In this document: positions 24,670 through 35,236 of the stretch, piece by piece
How positions within the stretch are numbered: the first letter of the stretch is position 1
Layout of the letters: every line of letters begins with the position of its first letter
Assembly (NCBI GenBank): GCA_002104945.1
Contig: MCFH01000124.1
Coordinates: 1-35,236 of the forward strand
DNA from: Piromyces finnis finn
Lineage: Eukaryota; Fungi; Neocallimastigomycota
Reading direction: 5' to 3'
DNA length: 35,236 nt
The notes under the pieces: generated by a model
Database searches by the model: none
Seen by the model: only the letters and a program-made list of their open reading frames with translations
Told to the model about the DNA's origin: nothing
Position numbers and translations under genes: made by a program

Positions 24670-25787
24670 CTTTGATGAAGTTTTATTATAATATATGATT
24701 TTATATTTTTTATTTTATTTATTATTATATTAATAACGTTTATAATTCATAATTAATTCATTTATGAAATTTTGAATTAGAATAATTTAATTTGAAATGT
24801 TTTTTATTTTTATTTTAATTTTTTTTTTAAAAAAAAAATTAAAAACTGTATTAATTTTTAAATTTTTTATTGTGTAATGAAGTTAATTAAATAATTTTAA
24901 ATATAGGAATATTAAATCAATATTGTTACATTATAAAATATATATTGCTTATTTTTATAAATAAATATAATGTTATGAAAGGAGATTAGAACAATTGTTT
25001 ATCATAAACATTTTTCTATTTTCTATATAGTAATATAACGATAAAAGGACTAAAATGTAATAATAGTATTATAAAAAATGATTATAATCGAAGGTAATAA
25101 TAAAGTGGTGGTAAATTAAATCAACAAACTATAAAAATTATAATTAAAATAATAATAATAATAATTAAAAAAAAAGAAAAAAAAAACTCGGAAATTTTTT
25201 ATTTTATGAAATTATATATATACTTTTCCCATGAAATTAAAATAAAGAATAAAACTTTTTTAATAATATTAATATAAAATTAAAACAAAATTACTACGGG
25301 GTCCTTTGATATTCAATACAATAATACATTTATTAAAAATATTTTTTATTTTATTAAAGTATTAAATATTAATATCTTTAATTTTTATTAAAATTTCTAC
25401 TTTAGTATATTTTTTATGGTTTTTAAAATTATTACTTAATTTATAATATAAATAAATTAATATTAAGGTATTGAAAAAAAAATATACTTTTTTTTTAAAG
25501 TTAGTATATAGTGCTTGAAGAAGTTAAAATAGTTATTATATTAATATAAAGGTTCATATGTATAATTAAGTAGAACCAATTAACATTAGAAGAAGAATAA
25601 TACAAAATAAAATAATTATAAATAATATATTAGTGTGGATTAAATTGCTTTAAATTTTATATACAATAAATAATTTATAATTGGAAGATTCTACTGAATT
25701 ATATATTAAATATATAAAATTTATTAAACAATTACTAATGAAATTTATAAAATTAGCAAAGTTGTAAAAAGAATATAAATATATAAA

Positions 25788-28700
25788 ATGTTGGCACAAT
25801 CGTTAAATACAAATGCTCTAGATACATCTGCTTATTCTAATATATATAATCAACCATTACCAAATGAAAGTGATTTTCAAGAACAATCTATATATTGTAC
25901 TAATGATAAGACAATTGACGAACTTATTACAGAATTAGGAAATAAAATTGTGAATAATCCATCGAATTCTAAAGAGAGTAATACAGAAAATACTTCTAAT
26001 ATAACAGAAAATGATATCCATCCTCATATACAAATGAGAATCATACCCATGATCCAATATTAAAAAGTAATAAAGAATCTAATAAAGTAACACCGAAAAT
26101 TCTGAAGATTATTTAAAGCATGGACTCATTAAAACTATGGATGTTAAAAAAAATGACTAATAATAGCAATCCTTTTCACTTGGAGGGTCATGAAGAATCT
26201 CCATTAGAAAAACAATATAATGATATGGTCTTTAATAAATTTGACTTAATGAAAGATGACAATATTGAAAATCTAAATTTAAATAATTCAAATTTACATC
26301 CTTCAATTCAACGAGTTCATGTTTTTACCACAAATGAAATGTGTGCTAATTCTAATTCTAGGCCTTCTTCGGCTGATAGCTCAAATTCAATTGGTCATTG
26401 TCAAAACAATGATTAATGAACATATATGTCCGGAATGCCAGGAACAACTTTTAAAAATATATACACATTGCTTAGATCATAAGGAATACATTTATCCTGC
26501 TTTAAATTCTTGTAATGAAAATAAATTAGGAAAATACCTAACTTGCCCCCGTACTTTGAATATTATGATAAAAAAGCAAATCCATTTACTCAGCTGAACT
26601 TAGAGTATGGGAAAAGAGGAAAGGGCAAAAAGTCGAAAAATAAAACTCAGGACAAATTTATACACAAATCAATAATAAATCAAGATTATGTTCAAGAGCA
26701 AAAACAGATTTCCAGTAATGATTGTAACTATGAAAATCAATATTAGGTATATCTAATTCATCTATTAATGCACCGGTTATCATCAATTGCCAATCCTATC
26801 CCTTCTTCTATTTCCTCTGTTAATATTCAGTCATTCCTGAAAATAGTTTACATCCACCAGACACAACCACAGCCAATGTCTAATCAAAATCATAATTTAA
26901 ACTCAATAACAAAACCAACTACTCAGCAATAATGGAAATATTCAACCCTCAACTTTTAACAGTTCAAATAATAGAAAATTAAAAAAATCATCATAGACGA
27001 AACGATTGATAAATATTCCAATACATTTTAAAAGAAACTATAAAAGAGGGGAAGAATATTAAAGGTCAAAAAAATCAACTCTATTACTTAGATTTACCAA
27101 ATTGTCCGTATTATAATGATTCTGTTCATAGAGTATTAGGGAAAAAACGACAACGTGAGGATGAAAATGAAAAAATGGATAATGAGGGTGGATATCGGAA
27201 TGGTATTATTGGGGAATTAGGTTTAAGCGGGTTTAAACATGGTGGTGTATTTTCAGGAGCATTAGCTAAATCGTATATAGCATTAAAAAAAAAGAAATAA
27301 TATGATTAAAGATCAATATTATGAATTAAAAAAAGGTTACAGAGATGAAATTATTACTTCGGGTTCTTTAGAAAGCGCTTTGAAAAAATCAATGAAATAT
27401 TATATCTTTGCAGAAGAATGGCAAGAATTGCAAAGTGAACGCTTAAAGGATTATATTAGACTTTTAAAAGTTGAGCTTTCTAGTCTTTTGGCATTTTTAA
27501 TTAATTCAGAATCAAAACTATCAAAGGTAATAATAATATATAATAATATATTATTCTCAATATTGTAATAGCTTAGAAATTTAATTAAAAATATTTATTA
27601 CTATTTTTTATTTAATAATGATGATTTAGACAACCTATATTTTGGAAAGTGAAAAAGAAAAAGCAAGAGAAAGAGATTCTCAAATTATTCAATTACAAAA
27701 ATGAACTTATTTCAGTAAAAGAAAAACTTAAGAACACTTATAAAGAATGTTTAGATTTAAATGCAACAATTTGTATTTTACAAGATGAAGCAAAAAATGG
27801 TACAAAAATTTTACAAGAAAAGAATGATATTTTAAGAAATTCAATGAAAAAAATATCAAAAAACTACACGATTTGTGAAAATATTTTAAAAACAAAAGTA
27901 AATGCAATCAAAGACTTGGAATTTGAATTAAGTCAATTAGTAATTCAATGTAATGAACAAAGTAAAGATATTATTTATTGGAAGAAAGCTAAGTATGAGT
28001 CAGATGGGAAAAATTATTTCTGTAAAAAACGATCTAGAAATTCTTCAGGATAAATATAATAAAGAATTAGAAAGATACAGTCAACTAAAAAGACAAAAAG
28101 AATCTCTTGAAACTTCTTTATTAAGAGAACAAAAACAACATCAAAGTGATAATGAAATTAATGAAAAAGAAATTTCTGATCTTAGAACAGAATTATTAGA
28201 TAAAAAAAATAATATTAAAGTATTGTTGATTGAAAGAGATAGAGAACGTTTAGATCTTCAAAGAATAACATCGGAAAAAAAATAAATTAGATGAAACTTT
28301 AATTGCACAACGTGAAAAATATACTAAAGAGATTAAGGCATATATGACTGAAATTAAAAAATACAAAGAAAAAATAGAAGATGATCGTGAAGCTATAAAA
28401 AATTTCAGTGAAAAAATTACCAAATTAGAGAATCAAGCTGCTATTTTAGTGGCTCAACATGCTAAAGATATTGTTAACAATGCTAAAATGAGTATTGATT
28501 ATACTACTATAAAAAAAATGAATTCTGATTTGAAGAAGTCTTTCCAATGATTATATACGTAAAAATAATCAAGGAAAAGCAGCAGAAGTAAAAGAAAAAA
28601 AAACAGTTATTAGAAATAATCAAAATATTGAAAGAAAAAAATAATAAAAAACAGAAGAATATAATCTTCTTAAATTAAAAAATAGTGAAAATAGTGAACA

Positions 28701-29531
28701 AATTAAAAATATGAAGGAAAAATATGAGAAAATTATTGAAGAAAAGGAACATATTTTTGAAGAGAAAGAAATTCAAATTCAAAAAGAAAAGCAAAAGATT
28801 GAAGAAATTATTGAAAAGGAAGTTCAGGAGCAACTTCAGAATAGTAATAATGAAATTTATCCAGAAGATTATGAGGAAATCAAGGAGCAAAATATTAATT
28901 TAGAAAATACAATAAAACAAAAGGAACAAGAAATAGAAAATTATGAATCTCAAATTAAGATACTTGAGAGTGAGAAAGACGATTCACAAAGAAAATATAA
29001 TTCTTTAAATATGAAAATTAATGATGTATTAGGAGAACTAACTAAACTAAAGGATGAGCATGATGCTTATGTTAAGGAAAAACATGATGAAATATTAAAA
29101 TATACCAAAAAAATAAATGAATTAGAAGAAAACACTGAATTTTATAAGAATGACTATGTTAAAAAGGTGAAAGAAAACGATTGGTTAATTAAAACTTAAA
29201 GTTCACTAAAGATATTATAACTCAGGAAGTATTGATTAAAGAGAACATGAAGTCACGTTATCTTGAAATGGATGAATTATTAAGAGAGAAAGGTTAGAAA
29301 ATATTGAAAATAATACTATTAAAAGAAGGTCAAATCGTATTTATGATGATGTTAAATATGGGATATGTGCAAAAAATGGAAGAAAGAAACAAACGTTTAG
29401 AATACATTACTAATTATCTTAGTAAGGAAAAAGAACGCCTTGTTTCTATTATAAATTTCTTACCTGAATCTCTTCGACAAGAACAAAAAGATACAAAAGA
29501 AGAACTTAAAAAGTTAATGAAATCAACTTAA
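25788..29531 (+). pseudogene. Large coiled-coil protein gene broken into many frames (pseudogene or assembly indels)
   Basis: A chain of protein-like ORF fragments alternates frames (25788, 26120, 26319, 26543, 27302, 27649, 27953, 28344, 28711, 29304). The N-terminal half is N/S-rich and low complexity; the C-terminal half is E/K/Q-rich heptad-like. A likely intron donor occurs at ~27526. No family recognised. Confidence 0.6.
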
Positions 29532-29933
29532 CAAATATAATAAATTTACTGATTTCAATATATATATTTTAATATTAACTATTATTTAATAATAAAAAAA
29601 AAATAAGTAATAAAAAAAAAAAAAAAACTATCATATATAGTAAAATTTAAACATTTATATTTTAACATATTTAATAGGTGTATCTATTATATTATAAAAT
29701 AATTGTAAAAATTATAATTGAAATATAAAATAATAAAATTTAAAAATCTTACTGGATATTAATATTTTTACTATATATAAAAATTTATTATATAATAAAA
29801 TTTTTTTGATTTATTTAAAATTTTTTTTATATATTTTTATTTTTTTTTTTTTTTTTTCATATTTTTAAATATATTTATCATTTTGTATAGATAAGCTATA
29901 TATAGTTATTTTATAAAATAGCAATATATCAAG

Positions 29934-31791
29934 ATGATAGAAGCAGATGTTAATGAATTTAAAACAATAAAGCATATATTTGATCCAAAATGCGAACATG
30001 ATGGAGGATTCAATAAATCTAATGATGCAGATTGGTGCTATAGATGGGATTCGACTTTTATTGAAATAAGAGATCTTCGTTCCTCAGAAGTTATGGCTTT
30101 TTTACCAATTGAAAATTTACAAAATTATCATCAAAATGTAAAGTGATGTAAAAATATTAATAATCAATTAATATATAAATAGCTATATTACGAAGCTTTA
30201 ATAAATTATTATATGTTGAATAAACCACCAAAGAAATATTACAATAAACTTAAAATGAATTCAAAAGCAATTTTTTAAAAAGCATTGAATATTATTTATA
30301 TAATTTAAAATATAATACACTTAAATTTAAAAAATAGTATTTTCAAAATAAAGAAGAAATCTCATAAAATATATTTTTTACTTTTAATATGAAACAACAA
30401 CGATAACAATAAAAAGAAAAGGAAATTGAATGAAATAATCAATTTACATTTTAAATTAGTTAATAATATATTGTAATAAGTAATGCTAATGTTATTTTTT
30501 TTCTTTTGTTAAATACTTATTTATATATAAATGTAATATAATTCCTTTTTGGATAAATCATAATGGAACTACAAACAGAAATCATTTACTCAAGTTACCG
30601 TCGTTTTATCAGGAAATAAATATCTTTTAGTTGTATGTGTGGAAGATAATAATCAAAATTCAGAATTATTTATTTTTGATCCATTAATAAAAATCACAGT
30701 TAAAGTTGGAAATACATTTAATGCTAAAACACTAAACTCAAAGTTTCGGACTCTTTTGATATTGTAATTAACTATATTTAATATCGAATAAAGCTTTAAA
30801 ATAATGAAAATTTAAAAAGAAATGATTTAAAAATCTTTAAAATTAAAATCATTATACTTGTATTTTTAATTAAATATAGAATGGTATTGAAAGCTCAGAT
30901 ATTATGTACCATTTTATTATTATGAGTACATCTTCAAATGAAATTGTTTCAGATTTATTACAAATTCCAAGAAGAATTAGAAGCAATTCAATTATTTTAG
31001 AAAAGGTATTTTTTATCATATAGAAAAAAAGTCAAGCAAATGAAATTTAATTAATTCAAAATTATATAAATTAATAGAATTCTTGGTCTTTCTATAAATT
31101 GATGAAGAAAATGGAAATGTAATATTAAAAAAAAAAAATTAAAATTAAAATTTAAATAAATTTCAATATAATTTATTAAATATTTTTGTTTAATTAAAAT
31201 AAAGATTTCTGCATTAGAAACTTGCATTGAAGAAAATCATCCAATTTTATTTGCTGGATTTACTCAAGGAAAAATCATTTCTTACTATCTTGTTGTTGAT
31301 AATGAATTAAATACATCATTAGAAATGAATAAAGAATATTCTACATCTGATATTTTATGTAAGTTGATATTATTAATGTTACATATAAAAATATAAATTT
31401 ATTAATATATTATTTTTTTGTATTTTAATTTATATATTAAAGCCTCAGTTTGTTCAATTATATATAAAAATAAGAAACTTTTTGTTGCTAGTGGTTCTTA
31501 TACAGAATTTGATTATTCTAGAAAGTAATTTTTTTTTATTATTTTTATATTATTAAAGAAAAGAAAGATTTCTAATATATAAAAAATTCACACATATATA
31601 TATGTTGACAACATTATGAATAAAAGTATTTATGTAAGTGTTTTAAATTTAACGGATGAAACTATTTCAAGTATTGATTTTCCAAACACACCAGGGAAGA
31701 TTGAAAGTGTTTCATTATCATCAAGTAAGTATGATTATGAATAAATATATAAAAATATTGATCATCATATTTAGTAAATCATTTACCTAAT

Positions 31792-31830
<39 letters not shown>

Positions 31831-34819
31831 TATTATGTAAAAGATGAATTATTTTATATATTGTTTATATTCATAAATCAAAAACTGTATTAAAGGTTAT
31901 ATCTATAGAAATTATGAGAGAAGTTTCTGAAATTGATATTACTCAAACATACTTTACACCAGCAACAACTGCTGTATCATTAAGAGTCTTGGTAATTAAT
32001 GTTTAAAATTATGAATTATTAAATAAAGAAACAACATGTTAATTTTGTATTTACCTTTATATGTATTTATATTTAAATAGGATATTAATTCATATTCTAA
32101 TGGAATCTGCTGTGATGTATTATATTTAACTAAATATATTGGTTATACAGATGATGAATATTCTCAAACTGCTAGTTTAAAAGTAAAGATAATATAAAGT
32201 TAATAAATTGTTTTAAATAATTTAAAAATAAGAATTTTAGTAAATAAAATTGAAACATAAAAATGAATAATAAATAATAATATAATATTAAAAAATAGAT
32301 ACCAAGGGCAAATATACCACAAGAATTAAGAGAAGCTCCATCCTTATATACTGAAGAACAAAAAAATTCAATTAATATTGTAAGAGAAAAAATGCATGAT
32401 TCTAAATTATTTATTGAATTATTATTAGAAACAATGGATATAGGTAAATTTATATTTAAATGTATCTAAAAATGATAATATTAATATCCTAATATAACTA
32501 ATTTTTTATATATAAACGTAGATGTAAGATATCCATTTAATACTTATGATGATTTAAAAGAAGTTCAAAATCAATTATTTAAAAATGATACATATCATAT
32601 TACTGGCCATTGCATTGTATGCACTAATATTTAACAACTATTACAAATTATCTTATAATATTAATGTTAATATTTTTTTTAAACTGTAGATATACTATGT
32701 ATTAAAAGATTTAAATTGCAATTATGAAGAATATGCTCAACAATGGTCTATTTTGCCACAGTATTTAATTGCTATCAATGGTTACTGGGCTTTAGATCAT
32801 CAAAACATAAAAGTATGTTTATGCTTTTATTATTAATAAAAAAATCATGTATGAACTTATTTTTTTTTTTCTAAATACTCTATTATTTCAAATATATATA
32901 CAGGAAGCATTTAATTATTTATGGAATCCATTAATTGAAATTGATTGGCCAGAAAAAATTATTCAACTCTTATTTGATCAAAAGTATTATAACGAAGCAT
33001 GTCGTTTTATTCAAATCACTAAAACATCAATAACTTCCGATATTGGTATTGAGCTTCAAATGAAACTTTATTTAAAGACAAATATTTTAGATGCTTTCTT
33101 ATTCCAAGTAATTTATTATATATATTTTTTATATCTTATAAATTATTTAGTTATATAATAAAACCATTAATGTTTAATGTTTTTCATTAAAAAATAATTA
33201 TTTATAGAGAAGATATAATTATTTCAAGAATAAAGAAGGATCTAATTTATTTACATTCTTTTTAAAATATTGTTTTGAAGAAGGTTGGTGTCATTATCCT
33301 TATATATATATATTATCAATAATTATTATTTATTATTTATTATATTATATATTTATGATTATAAATATTTAATATCATATTAATTTTTATAATTATAAAA
33401 CCTATTCTGAATTAAAATTCTAGAAATACCAAATAGTTCTTTAATAAATAAGATTCGTAAATTTCCATATAATAAAGAAGAAGAGGCACAATTAGTAAGA
33501 TATACAAAGGAATCAAATAAAAAGTTATGTAGAGACTTTTTATTAATGTATTACATATATCATGGTAAATATATTGAAGCTATAAAGCTCTATGAAGAAA
33601 ATAAAGCATCTGGAATTTTCATTAATGATACTCACCAAGAAGAAAGAGAAGCTCTTATTCAAAATTTAAAACTTTTGTTACCAAAGGTCCAACGTACTAT
33701 GTTAGAAATTGAAAAAGAAGAGAAATTGAATAATTCATTAAATGATGATGCAATGGATATTGATAATAATAATAGTGATGTTCCAATTCCTACTGAGAAA
33801 GGTAGTATAATAAAATAAATAAACAAAAATAAAAGTTTAATAATTTTTAATTATTTAATTAATTTTTATTTTTGAAAAAACTATTATTGAATTTTGTTAA
33901 ATTTGTATAAATTATTATAATTTACTTATAAAAAGAAAATCCAGTACCACTTTCTGCATCAAGTTTAATTCATGATGCAAGCGAATATGATGAAAAATTA
34001 TTATTAAAGGCATTAAAGAGTCAAATGTTATCAGGTTCAACTAAAAGTTCTCAATCAGGTCCATTCATTTTACCGCCATCAATTTCAGAAACAAATTTAA
34101 TTATGTATGTCTTCATAATTTTTATTCATTCAATTTTTTATTTTTTTTATTTTATTTATTTGTGGATAAATATATATATTTATTTTATTTTATGAAATAA
34201 TTATTTAATTTTTTATATTTATATATATATATAATTTTAGTGATGAAATCGATGAGAGCGTAGCTAATTCTGAAATTAATCAACCAAATTACACAAACTC
34301 AGTATTAAATAATTTATCACCATTTTCTTTAAAACAAAATAAAGAAATTAAAGGTATTTTATTTATTAGTTTATAATTTTTATATTATTATTATATTTTA
34401 CTAAAATAGATTGTTATTATATATTTGTTATTAGAAAATTTAAAACAAATACCTTTAATATCAAAACAAGCTAATGAAAACACCCAGAGTTCAAAGATGT
34501 ATTCTAATGCATTAAAGAGATCATGGATGATGAAGATTTTGAAATGAATTTAAACAATGAATCAATAGATGATGCCCCAATGGAAATTAAAAAGATAGAT
34601 GACTATGATGGCAGAATCAAAAAATATTATGCCTCATCTGAAGTTAATAAATCAAAGACATCAAGCCATATCAATGAAAGTAGTCATATAGAGGCCTCAA
34701 ATGCAGAAGAAGTTATTGAATCAAAAAATTCTAAATCTATTGGTACCAATGATAACACTTCCCTTTTCTCATCATCAACACAAAAATCATCTCGCAAAAC
34801 TTTAAAAATATCCAATTAA
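29934..34819 (+). CDS. ELYS: ELYS/AHCTF1-like nucleoporin, multi-exon (N-terminal exon structure only partly resolved)
   Basis: Central exons translate to ELYS-helical-domain-like sequence: YVLKDLNCNYEEYAQQWSILPQYLIAINGYWALDHQNIK|EAFNYLW..DWPEKIIQLL, ILDAFLFQ|RRY and KFPYNKEEEAQLVRY..RDFLLMYYIYHGKYIEAIKLY. Beta-rich N-terminal exons precede it and a disordered S/N/E-rich tail follows. Apparent 1-nt frame break near 34520. Confidence 0.72.
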
Positions 34820-35236
34820 ACAGTAATAATTTAATTAGATTAAGTAGTTTTTATATTTTTGGAAATGAAAAATTAAATAATTCCTAAAAACTATAATTAT
34901 AGTTTTTAGGAATTATTTTATTTTATTACACTTTTATAGTTAATTTTCATTTACTTTTTTTTTTATTCCATTTCTGTTTCTATTTCTTTTATAACTTACT
35001 ATTTAATAATTCCATTTTTTTTTTATAAACAATATATATATATTATTATTATTAATATTTATTTTTATTAATATTTTTTTATTATTTTATTATTTTATTT
35101 TATTTTATTTTTTTATTTTTTTATTCAATTTAATTCTAGAATATAATAAAATTAAATAAACATAAAATTTCAAATGAATTATAATAACATAATATGTTGT
35201 TTTATAATTTTTATTAATATGATAAATTTTATTGAT

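Overview
Extremely AT-rich, intron-dense eukaryotic DNA with GT-AG introns and long homopolymer/AAT tracts. It is most consistent with an anaerobic gut fungus (Neocallimastigomycota); this is inferred from composition and gene style only. Gene order: 3' end of an ankyrin-repeat gene; a 15-exon CDC27/APC3; an ~8.5 kb gene-poor stretch containing an ~310-bp (AAT)n tract; an intronless SH3-WW-WW-REM-CDC25 Ras GEF; a Reeler-like membrane protein gene; an 11-exon SWF1-like DHHC palmitoyltransferase with one frame break; a heavily frameshifted coiled-coil gene; and an ELYS-like nucleoporin. The main finding is an almost perfect 527-bp inverted repeat (18849-19375 / 20976-21502, one mismatch by manual comparison) bracketing the Reeler gene. 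It is not coding. Each arm carries the diagnostic 3' architecture of the snR30/U17 H/ACA snoRNA (m1-like AUAUUCUAU, m2 AAACCAU exactly 7 nt before ACA-NNN), so the locus appears to hold two convergent copies of this 18S-processing snoRNA. All splice models and RNA folds were derived by eye.
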